NCBI GenBank assembly: GCA_043800555.1
Contig: JAZDMX010000014.1
Location: forward strand, 15,001 to 79,000
Length of the DNA: 64,000 nt
Source of the DNA: Candidatus Omnitrophota bacterium
Lineage (GTDB): Bacteria; Omnitrophota; Gorgyraeia; Gygaellales; Profunditerraquicolaceae
Direction of reading: 5' to 3'
Part shown: one piece after another, positions 29,423 to 39,087 of the stretch
How the letters are laid out: each line of letters begins with the position of its first letter
Position numbering within the stretch: position 1 is the stretch's first letter
The notes under the pieces: generated by a model
Told to the model about the DNA's origin: nothing
Seen by the model: only the letters and a program-made list of their open reading frames with translations
The model's database searches: none
Translations under genes and position numbers: made by a program

Positions 29423-30416
29423 GATATTACTCGGGCATGGAAGCGGCGGAAGGTTAACCCATAATTTTGTTAACCGGGAAATCCTGAAGAAGTTGAAGAA
29501 CCCTATTCTGGAGGAACTGGCTGATGGGGCGGTTATAGACTACAAGGAGAAAACCGCTTTTACCACGGATTCTTTTGTGGTTAGCCCGTTATTTTTCCCC
29601 GGAGGCGATATCGGCAAGCTTTCGGTATCCGGCACGGTTAATGACTTGGTTATGCTGGGGGCTGTCCCGGAGTATCTCTCTTTGGCTTTAATTATAGAGG
29701 AGGGGTTAGAGCAAAAAATCCTTGAAAGGATAATTGATTCCATATCCTTGCAGGCCAAAGCCGCAGGAGTTAAGGTTGTTACCGGAGACACGAAAGTAGT
29801 GGAAAGGCTGGCCGCGGATAAATTATTCATTAATACTTCGGGCCTGGGCAGGTTAGTTTCGCCCAGAAGGCTATCGCTGAAGAATATTTCGCCCGGAGAC
29901 AAAATTATCGTTACCGGAGGAATCGGCGAACATGGCTTAAGCGTGCTTGCCAAAAGAAAAGAATTAAACTTGGGCCTTAACATTAAAAGCGATTGCGCAA
30001 GCCTGAATGGTTTGATTATCCCGCTTTTAAAGGTTACCAGGGGCATAAAATTTATGCGCGATCCGACGCGCGGAGGAGTAGCGACGACCTTGAATGAAAT
30101 TGCCGAAGGCTCGGGTTTGGGGATAGTTATTGAAGAGAAGGATGTCCCGGTGTCTTCCAAAATCAGGGTTGCTTCGGAATTACTGGGTATAGACCCGTTT
30201 TACGTTGCTAATGAAGGAAAGGCGCTGCTCGCCGTAGAGCCTAAAGAAGCGCCAAGGATTGCAGGCCTTTTAAGGAGGCATCCCTTAGGCCGCAACGCCA
30301 AGATTATCGGAACGGTTGTCAAAGAGCCTTCGGGGATGGTTGTCTTGCGCACTCTTTTTAATACCGAACGCGTCCTGGATATGTTAGTTTCCGATCCATT
30401 GCCGAGGATATGTTAA
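29406..30416 (+). CDS. hypE: Hydrogenase maturation factor HypE. The start is probably GTG at 29406; the ORF is open from 29292.
   Basis: ILLGHGSGG N-terminal motif, a PurM-like fold and a C-terminal PRIC (Cys) tail. Confidence 0.8.
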   Translation: MKRTTKILLGHGSGGRLTHNFVNREILKKLKNPILEELADGAVIDYKEKTAFTTDSFVVSPLFFPGGDIGKLSVSGTVNDLVMLGAVPEYLSLALIIEEGLEQKILERIIDSISLQAKAAGVKVVTGDTKVVERLAADKLFINTSGLGRLVSPRRLSLKNISPGDKIIVTGGIGEHGLSVLAKRKELNLGLNIKSDCASLNGLIIPLLKVTRGIKFMRDPTRGGVATTLNEIAEGSGLGIVIEEKDVPVSSKIRVASELLGIDPFYVANEGKALLAVEPKEAPRIAGLLRRHPLGRNAKIIGTVVKEPSGMVVLRTLFNTERVLDMLVSDPLPRIC

Positions 30417-30568
30417 TTATTAAAAGCCGCTAAGCGGTTGCCTTAGAGGCAGATAACAGGCAGCAATTATTAGTTGTAAAATCTGCCTACTAACTATTCC
30501 CCGGCGCCTTAATAATGTTTAAGGGTATTGTTTTTTAGCATAATGCCGGATAAGAAAGAAGGTGAGAG

Positions 30569-31306
30569 GTGAAATCATCAAGATACATGAGGCGTTTTTA
30601 CCGTGACTGGGCCCGGGCCAAGGGCCTTTATTCTTTGCACCTGGCAGCAAAAGAAACCGACCTGCAGATTTTTACCGATAAGCCCGTAAAGGCGGAATTC
30701 ATCGAAGAAAGAATCCGGGCTTATCGTTGGGAAATAGAAAATTATATAAATAAGGACCATCGGTTCCTGACTTCTTTAAAGCCGATTCCGGTTGAGCTTA
30801 ATGCCGCTCCTATTGTAAAGGATATGGCAAGCCAGGCCGGCAAGGCGAATGTCGGGCCAATGAGCACGGTTGCCGGGGCAATAGCTGAATTCCTGGGGAA
30901 AGACCTTCTTGGCGCCGGGTATAAGGAAGTGATAGTCGAGAATGGCGGGGATATTTTCCTGAAATCGCGTAAAATCCGCAAGATTGGGGTATATGTGGGG
31001 CGCTCCAAGATGTGGAATAAATTGCAGCTGGAGATAAAGCCGAAAGATACCCCGTTAGGGATATGCACTTCTTCGGGCACAATGGGCCATTCTTTAAGCT
31101 TTGGCTGCGCAGATAGCGTGGTAATTATTTCCAAAAGCGCAAGCCTGGCGGATAGCGTAGCTACCGCAACAGCCAATCGTATTAATTCAAAAGAAGACCT
31201 GCAGCGGGCCCTTGATTTTGCCCGTTCCGTTAAAGGCGTTTCAGGCGTAGTTATTATTTTAAAGAATAATTTGATTACCTGGGGAAAGGTGGAATTTGTT
31301 CGTTGA
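30569..31306 (+). CDS. UPF0280-like (ApbE-superfamily-like) uncharacterized protein.
   Basis: Gly/Ser-rich core GICTSSGTMGHSLSFGCADSVVII; the assignment is tentative. Confidence 0.3.
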   Translation: MKSSRYMRRFYRDWARAKGLYSLHLAAKETDLQIFTDKPVKAEFIEERIRAYRWEIENYINKDHRFLTSLKPIPVELNAAPIVKDMASQAGKANVGPMSTVAGAIAEFLGKDLLGAGYKEVIVENGGDIFLKSRKIRKIGVYVGRSKMWNKLQLEIKPKDTPLGICTSSGTMGHSLSFGCADSVVIISKSASLADSVATATANRINSKEDLQRALDFARSVKGVSGVVIILKNNLITWGKVEFVR

Positions 31307-31312
31307 AATTTC

Positions 31313-31350
31313 TTGACAATCACAGCGGATTGTGATAAAAAATCATTATA
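31313..31350 (+). promoter_or_regulatory. Promoter with an overlapping palindromic operator-like site.
   Basis: TTGACA followed by ATCACAgcggatTGTGAT (a 6-6-6 inverted repeat), then an A/T-rich -10 region. Confidence 0.3.
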
Positions 31351-31463
31351 AATACAATATTTAGCGTAATTTATTTAGGAGGCGTTAAGCTTAAATTGGA
31401 AAAATAGGCGTAAGCAAGAAAGGCTCTTTCAGGGAACAAAGGGCCTTTTTTTGTAATACAAAT

Positions 31464-32453
31464 ATGAAAACAGTCGGATTAACCTACGATTTGAAAACAG
31501 ATTATGAATTTAAGGATGGCGATCCTCTGGATGCCAACGCCGAATTCGACCATCCTTCGACTATTGATGTCATTGCCGAGGCAATTGAGTCAAATGGTTT
31601 TAAGGTAAACAGGATAGGAAACGCCGGAAACCTCCTGGAAAAATTATCTTCTTTAAAAGCGGACATTGTTTTTAATATTTCCGAAGGAGTGACCGGGAGG
31701 AACCGTGAATCCCAGGTGCCGATATTGCTTGAGATGGCCGGAATCCCTTTTGTCGGTTCCGACGCCTTGACCCTGGGGCTTACCCTGGATAAGGTGGTAG
31801 CCAAAAAGATTTTTATCGCCGATAAGATACCTACCCCGAAATTCATCGAAGCAGGTTCAGCCGATGAATTAGCGGACACCAATCATTATAAGTTTCCTCT
31901 AATCGTAAAGCCGCGCTTTGAAGGCTCTTCCAAGGGTTTAAGCGAAAGTTCCCGCGTAGAGAATAAAGACGATTTGCTTAAGCAGGTGGAATATATTGTT
32001 AATACCTATAAACAACCGGCTTTGGTCGAAGAATTCATATCCGGGCAGGAATTTACCGTGGCCTTGGTGGGAAACGACCCCGTGGAAGTCCTGCCGGTCG
32101 TTCAAATCAAAATCGACGGAAAACTAAAATTAAACGATAAGTTCTATACTTTCGCCCGGATCACCTCCGACAGGTTAGAGTATATTTGCCCGGCGAAAAT
32201 CCCGCAAGAATTAAAGAAAAAAATAGACGAACTGGCCTTAAGGACTTATAGGGCTGTAGATTGCTGCGATTTTGGCCGCGTGGATTTTCGCGTAGATAGC
32301 GAAGGCAAGCCTTATGTATTGGAAATCAATCCTTTGCCGTCTCTTTCTACGGAAGATGTCTTTAAGCTTTTGGCCGAGAATACAGGGATCACTTACGAAC
32401 AGATGATCGGCAAAATTTTAAACAGCGCGATTAAAAGGCATAATATAAATTAG
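31464..32453 (+). CDS. D-Ala-D-Ala-ligase-like ATP-grasp enzyme, paralog 1.
   Basis: Ddl-family N-terminal and central ATP-grasp motifs (FNISEG..G, KPRFEGSSKG, EEFISGQEFTV, LEINPLPSLS). Confidence 0.65.
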   Translation: MKTVGLTYDLKTDYEFKDGDPLDANAEFDHPSTIDVIAEAIESNGFKVNRIGNAGNLLEKLSSLKADIVFNISEGVTGRNRESQVPILLEMAGIPFVGSDALTLGLTLDKVVAKKIFIADKIPTPKFIEAGSADELADTNHYKFPLIVKPRFEGSSKGLSESSRVENKDDLLKQVEYIVNTYKQPALVEEFISGQEFTVALVGNDPVEVLPVVQIKIDGKLKLNDKFYTFARITSDRLEYICPAKIPQELKKKIDELALRTYRAVDCCDFGRVDFRVDSEGKPYVLEINPLPSLSTEDVFKLLAENTGITYEQMIGKILNSAIKRHNIN

Positions 32454-32479
32454 CGGATAAAGGCGTTCGTAAGGATAGC

Positions 32480-33481
32480 ATGAAAATAGCTTTAACTTAT
32501 AACCTAAAAAAGAAAGACGCGACAAAACCGGAGGATTATTTCTCGGAGTGCGACAGCGAAGAGACCGTTGACGCCATTGCCGGAGCTATCCGGAGAAAAG
32601 GCCATAACGTCGAGGCGATAGACGTGGAATACCCCAAACTTTTTTCATATTTCAAGGAAAATTCCGTGGATATGGTTTTTAATATTGCCGAAGGCAAATC
32701 CGGTAAATTCCGCGAGTCAGAGGTTCCGGCAATATTGGACTATTTAAATATCCCCTATACGGGTTCGGATACATTTTCGCTGGCCTTAGCCTTAAATAAG
32801 GCCCTTACGAAGAAGATCCTAAAAGCCGAAAATATCCCCACGCCGAATTTCCAAGTTTTCTTTAAAGGCACGGAAGAATTGGACCCGGAGTTAAAATTCC
32901 CCTTAATCGTAAAACCGAATTGTGAAGGTTCGGCTAAAGGCATAAGCAGGGCCAATGTGGTCTGTAACGCGCCGGATTTATTTAAGAGGGTGAAAGAAAC
33001 GCTTGATATATACAAACAGGAAGCGCTTGTGGAAGAATTTATTGAGGGCAAAGAGCTTACCGTCGGAATATTGGAAAACGGGAAGACCCGCGTCCTGCCG
33101 ATTTTAGAAATTGATTTCTCCAGCTGCATCAATAGCGGAGAATATTTTTATTCCTGGAAGATGAAGGAATACCAGGGCAATGAAGCATTGGGGTTGGTGC
33201 CGAGTTTCCACTGCCCGGCGCGCCTTGACCCGGAAACCGAAAAGGCAGTCAAAGAGGCAGCGCTTAGGACCCACCGCGCGGTAGGCTGCCTGGATATCTC
33301 GCGCACCGACATACGCCTGGATAAATTTAATGTGCCTTATGTTTTGGAGATCAACCCTTTGCCGGGGCTAGACCCTAAAGAATCTAATTTCCCGATTATG
33401 GCGTATGCCGCGGGAATGCAATACGAAGATCTTATTGAGGCAATAATCCTAAGCGCCTCGGAAAGGAAAGGATTAAATTGA
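32480..33481 (+). CDS. D-Ala-D-Ala-ligase-like ATP-grasp enzyme, paralog 2.
   Basis: Same architecture as 31464..32453 (FNIAEGKSG, KPNCEGSAKG, EEFIEGKELTV, LEINPLPGLD). Confidence 0.65.
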   Translation: MKIALTYNLKKKDATKPEDYFSECDSEETVDAIAGAIRRKGHNVEAIDVEYPKLFSYFKENSVDMVFNIAEGKSGKFRESEVPAILDYLNIPYTGSDTFSLALALNKALTKKILKAENIPTPNFQVFFKGTEELDPELKFPLIVKPNCEGSAKGISRANVVCNAPDLFKRVKETLDIYKQEALVEEFIEGKELTVGILENGKTRVLPILEIDFSSCINSGEYFYSWKMKEYQGNEALGLVPSFHCPARLDPETEKAVKEAALRTHRAVGCLDISRTDIRLDKFNVPYVLEINPLPGLDPKESNFPIMAYAAGMQYEDLIEAIILSASERKGLN

Positions 33482-34665
33482 GCAGCGTCCAGGCAATTGA
33501 AAATCAAAAATTGCAGCAGGAAAACGCTACTGTTGTTAAGCCGGCCAGGCGCCCGCGGGATTACCAGCAGATAAGTATCTATAAAGATGTCAACCCTTTG
33601 GACTGGGAAGACTGGCAGTGGCAGATAAAAAACAGGATTTGCACAAAAGACATCCTTTCACAAATCATTAATTTAACTGCCGACGAGGAAAAGGGCATAG
33701 ATAAAGCTAAAGGCAGGTTATCCATGGCCGTAACTCCTTATTGGGGTTCGCTTCTTGACCCTGATGACGCAAATTGCCCGATCCGGCGCCAGGCTGTCCC
33801 GGTGGTCCAGGAGTCAATTGTTACTCCGCATGAAATGACTGACCCTTGCGCAGAAGACAGGGATTCTCCCGCTCCGCATTTAGTGCACCGTTATCCGGAC
33901 AGGGTTTTATTATTGGCGACCGACCACTGCGCTATGTATTGCCGCCATTGCACGCGCAGGCGGCTGGTCGGAGACCATGAGGCAAAAGACTCGACAAGCG
34001 CCTCCAGGTTCGACGCAGCCATCGAATACATAAAAGCCAACCGTAAGATCAGGGACGTGCTGATATCCGGAGGAGACCCGTTAATCCTGGAAGACGGAGA
34101 ACTAGAAAGCCTGCTTCAGAAAATCCGGGCCATATCGCACGTGGAATTCTTAAGGATCGGCACGCGCATACCGGTTACGCTTCCCCAGCGCATTACGGAG
34201 AATTTGGTGAATATGCTGAAAAAATATTCTCCGGTCTGGATGAGCATACATTTTAATCATCCGAAAGAAATCACCAAGCGCTGCAAGATAGCTTGCGATA
34301 TGCTGTCGGAATCCGGGGTCCCTTTAGGGAGCCAGACCGTCCTTTTAAAAGGCGTTAATGACCGGCCTTTCATTATGAAAAAGCTGGTCCATGAATTATT
34401 GCAGATAAGGGTTAGGCCTTATTATATTTACCAGTGCGATCCGGTCCGCGGCACGCAGCATTTCAGGACTCCCGTAGCCACCGGGATCAATATTATGGAA
34501 AAGTTGCGCGGGCATACTTCCGGATACGCTGTCCCTACTTATGTCATAGACGGCCCCGGCGGCGGCGGCAAGATCCCCGTTGGGCCGAATTATATTCTTT
34601 CACAGGCCAAAGGGAAATACGTCTTGCGTAACTATACGGGCAAGATCTACACCTACCTAGAATAG
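33478..34665 (+). CDS. kamA: Lysine 2,3-aminomutase (KamA family radical SAM).
   Basis: CAMYCRHCTRRR radical-SAM cluster motif, a KamA N-terminal region, and the C-terminal GGGGK motif. Confidence 0.8.
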   Translation: MSSVQAIENQKLQQENATVVKPARRPRDYQQISIYKDVNPLDWEDWQWQIKNRICTKDILSQIINLTADEEKGIDKAKGRLSMAVTPYWGSLLDPDDANCPIRRQAVPVVQESIVTPHEMTDPCAEDRDSPAPHLVHRYPDRVLLLATDHCAMYCRHCTRRRLVGDHEAKDSTSASRFDAAIEYIKANRKIRDVLISGGDPLILEDGELESLLQKIRAISHVEFLRIGTRIPVTLPQRITENLVNMLKKYSPVWMSIHFNHPKEITKRCKIACDMLSESGVPLGSQTVLLKGVNDRPFIMKKLVHELLQIRVRPYYIYQCDPVRGTQHFRTPVATGINIMEKLRGHTSGYAVPTYVIDGPGGGGKIPVGPNYILSQAKGKYVLRNYTGKIYTYLE

Positions 34666-34764
34666 GGTATATACGCCTAGGCGCACGCAAGGCATAAATA
34701 GCCTTCGATAATTTCTCTTTGCCTCCACCTTGGCCGTTATTTTCTTAGCTGGGGAATTAACGCT

Positions 34765-36720
34765 ATGGATGCTAAGAATAAGCGCAATTTTATCCTCTTA
34801 GGCCATGCCCAGTCAGGCAAAACCAGCCTTGCCGAAAGCATACTTTATTTTTCTAAGGCCACTACCCGTAAAGGCAGCATAGAGGGCGGTTCAACCGTCA
34901 GCGACTATGGCTTTGACGAGATTGAGAAAAAACATTCTATAAATCTAAGCTTGCTCTTTTGTGATTATAAGGGGTTCCGTTTTCAGTTCATTGACACTCC
35001 CGGTTACGCGGATTTCTTAGGCGAAGTTATCTCCGGGGCGCGTTCCGTAGACAGCGCGATTATCATAGTGGATGCCGTAAGCGGGCCGCAGGCAGGGACG
35101 CAGCGTGCCTGGGATATATGCGAGCAAGCCGGTATCCCGTGCATGATTTTTATCAATAAGATGGATAAGGAAGGCGCCGGCTTAAATAAGGCGTTAGCGG
35201 ATTTAAAATCCGCTTTTTCCAGAAACTGCGTTATAATCCAATCTTTGGAAGATTCGCTTCTGGTGGAGGCGATTGTTGAAACCGACGACAGCCTGCTGGA
35301 GAAATACCTTTCGGCTTTACAGCTTTCTATGGAGGAGATTGAAAACGGATTGACTAGCGCCGTGAATAAGCGCAAGATTTTTCCGGTTTTCTCGGGTTCG
35401 GCGCTTGCCGATAAAGGGCTTTCGGATTTATTGGATGGCATCCTGCGGTATCTGCCCAGCCCTTTGGATAGAAACCCCGTAAAGGCATTTGATCCTCTGA
35501 GGCCGGAGCAAGCCAAAGAGGTGATTTTAAAAGAGGAGGCGCCTTTCTCGGCCCTTGTTTTTAAAAACATCTCGGATCCTTTCGTGGGCCAGCTCACTTT
35601 GTTGCGCGTTTTCTCCGGTAAGCTTTTAAGCAATAGCGGTTTCTATAACGTTAGCCGGAAACTAAAAGAGAGGATCGGCCCTATTTATATTTTGCAGGGT
35701 AAAGAGCAGCGTTTAATTGAGGCTGCCGGCTGCGGCGACATTGTCGCTATCGCCAAATTGAAGGATACGGGGGTTTCAGATTCTCTTTCCGGGGATAAAG
35801 AGCAATTTTTATTTGAGCCTCTTGTCTTTCCGCCAGAAGCGATATCCGCTTCGGTCAAGCCTAAATCCCGCGAAGATGAAGAAAAGATTTCCGATGCCCT
35901 GCATAAGCTTGCGGCGGAAGACCATACCTTCAGGGTGAGGCATGACCCTCAAACCAGGGAATTGATTATTTCTGGCCTGGGCGACTTGCATTTATCGGTT
36001 ATGGTCGCCCGCATGAGAAAAAGGTTTAATGTTGCGGTTGAATTAGGAACGCCCAAAGTTTCTTATCAAGAGACTATTACTAAGAGCGTTAAGGCCCAGG
36101 GTAAATTTAAGCGTCAGTCCGGCGGCCGCGGCCAATACGGCGACTGTTGGATTGAAGTTTGCCCTTTGGAGAGAGGGAAGGGCCTGGAATTTGTTGACAA
36201 AATATTTGGAGGCGCTATCCCGCGCAACTTTATTCCTTCTGTTGAGAAAGGGGTGCGCCAGGCAGCCGCGGAAGGCGCGGTCGCGGGGTTCCCGGTTGAA
36301 GATATCCGGGTGAGTTTGGTTGACGGCTCCTACCATGAAGTCGACTCTTCAGATATGGCTTTTCAGATTGCCGGAGCTATGGCCTTACGCAAGGCTGTTA
36401 TGGGGGCCGGCCCTGTTTTATTAGAGCCGTTAATGGACGCGGAGATCAGTATTCCGGAAGATTGCCTGGGGGTTATTTCCGGGGACATTAATTCCCGCCG
36501 CGGCAGGGTAATAGGAATGGAGATAAAGGGTAAACAACAAATCGTAAAGGCCCAGGTCCCGCTAGCGGAAATGTTGAAATACGCCAATGACCTGCGTTCG
36601 ATAACCGGAGGCCGCGGGACATATACGATGCGATTCTCGCATTATGAAGAGGCGCCGCATAAAGTTGCCTCCCCGGTTATTGCCCAGTATCAAGACTCGA
36701 AAAAACAGGAAGAACAGTAG
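34765..36720 (+). CDS. Divergent EF-G-family translational GTPase (EF-G paralog).
   Basis: G1 GHAQSGKTS, G3 DTPGYADF and G4 NKMD, plus EF-G domains II-V; 651 aa. Confidence 0.6.
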   Translation: MDAKNKRNFILLGHAQSGKTSLAESILYFSKATTRKGSIEGGSTVSDYGFDEIEKKHSINLSLLFCDYKGFRFQFIDTPGYADFLGEVISGARSVDSAIIIVDAVSGPQAGTQRAWDICEQAGIPCMIFINKMDKEGAGLNKALADLKSAFSRNCVIIQSLEDSLLVEAIVETDDSLLEKYLSALQLSMEEIENGLTSAVNKRKIFPVFSGSALADKGLSDLLDGILRYLPSPLDRNPVKAFDPLRPEQAKEVILKEEAPFSALVFKNISDPFVGQLTLLRVFSGKLLSNSGFYNVSRKLKERIGPIYILQGKEQRLIEAAGCGDIVAIAKLKDTGVSDSLSGDKEQFLFEPLVFPPEAISASVKPKSREDEEKISDALHKLAAEDHTFRVRHDPQTRELIISGLGDLHLSVMVARMRKRFNVAVELGTPKVSYQETITKSVKAQGKFKRQSGGRGQYGDCWIEVCPLERGKGLEFVDKIFGGAIPRNFIPSVEKGVRQAAAEGAVAGFPVEDIRVSLVDGSYHEVDSSDMAFQIAGAMALRKAVMGAGPVLLEPLMDAEISIPEDCLGVISGDINSRRGRVIGMEIKGKQQIVKAQVPLAEMLKYANDLRSITGGRGTYTMRFSHYEEAPHKVASPVIAQYQDSKKQEEQ

Positions 36721-36802
36721 GCTTTCGATAAAGAATGTAGCGGGCGTTTGGGATTTCGCTGCCATATCAAGAGAAGTGCCTCTGTAAGATGAAAAGGACA
36801 AA

Positions 36803-37504
36803 ATGAAAATAAGCGCAGTTGGTTTACCGGAATTAAACCCCGGAAAGCATAATGTCAAGGATTCTCGTTTGGACCAGGTGGATAGCATAACTTGCGCCAA
36901 GAAAAAAACCTATATTCAAGTTGAGCTTGTTTCAGAGGAAGGGGTAATTGACGCAAACGCGGTCATTACCGCCAAAGATTCGGCCGCCGACCTTATTCTT
37001 AAAGACCTTGAATTTGTGGAAACGCGCCTTTCGCGTTCGGCGGATGAGGCTGAAAAGGCTTTATTTAATAAGCTAAAAGCGGCCCTGGAAAAAGAAGAGT
37101 TCCTGTTTAATGCGGGGCTTACGGAAACAGAGAAGAAAGAGCTGGTTAAATATGGCTTACTTACCGCAAAGCCGGTTATTATCGCGGAGGCAAAAGACCT
37201 GGAAGACAAAAACGCCCTCCTGCTTAAAGCTTTAAGAGAAAGCGGTTTTATCAGTTTTTTCACTACCGGAGAGAAAGATACCCGGGCCTGGCTCATAAGA
37301 AATGGCGCTAATGCCTGGGAAGCCTCGGGAGCGATACATTCGGATATCCAACAGGGGTTTATCCGGGCAGAGATTATCTCTTTCAGGGATTTTATGGAGT
37401 GCGGCGGAGAGAATAAAGCCAAGCAGGCGGGTAAGATGCGCCTGGAGCCCAAAGAATATATAATGCAAGACTGCGATTTAGCGAACTTCAGGTTTAATAA
37501 ATAA
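36803..37504 (+). CDS. YchF-like protein lacking the G-domain core (degenerate P-loop).
   Basis: The C-terminus matches the YchF TGS region (TTGEKDTRAW...QQGFIRAEIISF...KMRLEPKEYI). The N-terminus ISAVGLPELNPGKHN replaces GIVGLPNVGKST. It is about 130 aa shorter than YchF. Confidence 0.55.
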   Translation: MKISAVGLPELNPGKHNVKDSRLDQVDSITCAKKKTYIQVELVSEEGVIDANAVITAKDSAADLILKDLEFVETRLSRSADEAEKALFNKLKAALEKEEFLFNAGLTETEKKELVKYGLLTAKPVIIAEAKDLEDKNALLLKALRESGFISFFTTGEKDTRAWLIRNGANAWEASGAIHSDIQQGFIRAEIISFRDFMECGGENKAKQAGKMRLEPKEYIMQDCDLANFRFNK

Positions 37505-37523
37505 CAAATAGGGAGAGGCGATA

Positions 37524-39083
37524 ATGGTTAAGATCAGGCGGGCGCTCATCAGCGTATCGGATAAAACAGGCATATTAGATTTGGCCAAAGAGTTGCATAG
37601 GTCCGGGGCAGAAATTCTTTCTACCGGAGGGACGGCAAAGTTGTTCCGCGAAAACAACATACCGGTTAAAGAAGTTTCAGAATATACCGGTTTTCCCGAA
37701 ATGCTCGATGGCCGGGTTAAAACCCTGCATCCTAAAATCCACGGGGGCCTGCTTGCCTTAAGAGATAACCCCGGGCATCTGCAAACAATCCAAGAGCATG
37801 GCATTGGCTTAATCGATATGGTTGTAGTGAATCTTTATCCATTTGAAAAGACGGCGCTTAAGCCCGGTGTTTCTATCGAAGAGGCGGTTGAAAATATCGA
37901 TATCGGAGGCCCGTCGATGTTGCGCTCTGCCGCCAAAAATTACCGGTCAGTAGCGGTTATCTGCAACCCCGGGCGTTATCCGCAGGTCGTCGAAGCGTTA
38001 AGAAAGAATAACGGCGCTTTGCCGGGCAGCTTAATGCGCGATTTAGGGGCCGAGGCATTCAGCCGGACATCCAAATACGACGCAGCGATATTTGAATATT
38101 TGGACAAAATGAATAATCGCGCTTGCGGTCAGGCCGCCGCCTTTCCTAGCGACCTAACGCTGTCTTTTGAGAAAATCCAGGAGTTACGCTACGGAGAAAA
38201 TCCGCACCAGAAAGCGGCTTTTTACAAAGAAAACGGCAAGACAAACGGGTTAATCAATCTCAAGCAATTGCAGGGAAAGGAGCTTTCATTTAATAATATC
38301 CTGGATTTAAATTCTGCTTTTGAATCGGTCAGGGAATTCTCGGGCCCTGCCGCGGTAATCGTTAAGCACAATAATCCTTGTGGGGTAGCCCAAGACAAAA
38401 CCCTTGCAAAAGCTTTCTTAGCCGCTTGGACGTGCGATAAGCTTTCGGCGTTTGGCGGGATAGTGGCCTTAAACAGAAAAATGGATCTCAAAACCGCTAA
38501 GGCAATTGCCAAAAGCGGTTTTCTGGAGTGTATTATTGCCCCGGGTTTTGACAGGCAGGCATTGGCGTTATTTAAGGAAAGAAAGAATTTGCGCGTCCTG
38601 GAATCTGGCGGTATCGAGCTCGTAAACGAGCCGGATTTTAAGCGGGTTAGCGGCGGGTTGTTGTTGCAGGATAAGGATTTGGCTACGCTGGATTTAAATA
38701 ACCTTAAGATAGTTACCAAAAGAAAACCGACAAAACAGGAGATGCAAAGTTTAATTTTTGGCTGGAAAGTAGCTAAGCACGTAAAGTCAAACGCTATTGT
38801 TTTAACCCGGGGGACCAGGACTGTCGGCATAGGTGCAGGCCAAATGTCGCGGGTCGATTCGGTAATGATTGCCAAGAAGAAAGCCGGTAAATTAAGCGTT
38901 AATTCCTGCCTGGCTTCCGACGCCTTCTTCCCCAAACCGGACGCTATTCTCCGGGCGCATAAAGCCGGGTGCCGGGCAATAATCCAGCCCGGAGGCTCGA
39001 TTGCCGACGCAGAAATAATCAGGGCTTGCGATAAATATAAGATTGCCATGGTTACTTGCGGCATCCGTCATTTCAGGCACTGA
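37524..39083 (+). CDS. purH: Bifunctional AICAR transformylase and IMP cyclohydrolase.
   Basis: MGS-like N-terminus (ALISVSDKTG) and an AICARFT C-terminal domain; 519 aa. Confidence 0.85.
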   Translation: MVKIRRALISVSDKTGILDLAKELHRSGAEILSTGGTAKLFRENNIPVKEVSEYTGFPEMLDGRVKTLHPKIHGGLLALRDNPGHLQTIQEHGIGLIDMVVVNLYPFEKTALKPGVSIEEAVENIDIGGPSMLRSAAKNYRSVAVICNPGRYPQVVEALRKNNGALPGSLMRDLGAEAFSRTSKYDAAIFEYLDKMNNRACGQAAAFPSDLTLSFEKIQELRYGENPHQKAAFYKENGKTNGLINLKQLQGKELSFNNILDLNSAFESVREFSGPAAVIVKHNNPCGVAQDKTLAKAFLAAWTCDKLSAFGGIVALNRKMDLKTAKAIAKSGFLECIIAPGFDRQALALFKERKNLRVLESGGIELVNEPDFKRVSGGLLLQDKDLATLDLNNLKIVTKRKPTKQEMQSLIFGWKVAKHVKSNAIVLTRGTRTVGIGAGQMSRVDSVMIAKKKAGKLSVNSCLASDAFFPKPDAILRAHKAGCRAIIQPGGSIADAEIIRACDKYKIAMVTCGIRHFRH

Positions 39084-39087
39084 TGCA

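Noticed and set aside
34434-34631. 65-aa plus-strand ORF inside kamA.
   Set aside because: Alternative frame within a well-supported radical SAM gene, with Arg-rich junk composition.
36721-37523. Looked for a ZTP (pfl) riboswitch near purH/folate genes.
   Set aside because: Intergenic spaces are too short (20-80 nt) and lack the conserved GGGTCGTGAC/CCGCCTGGGCA-like elements.
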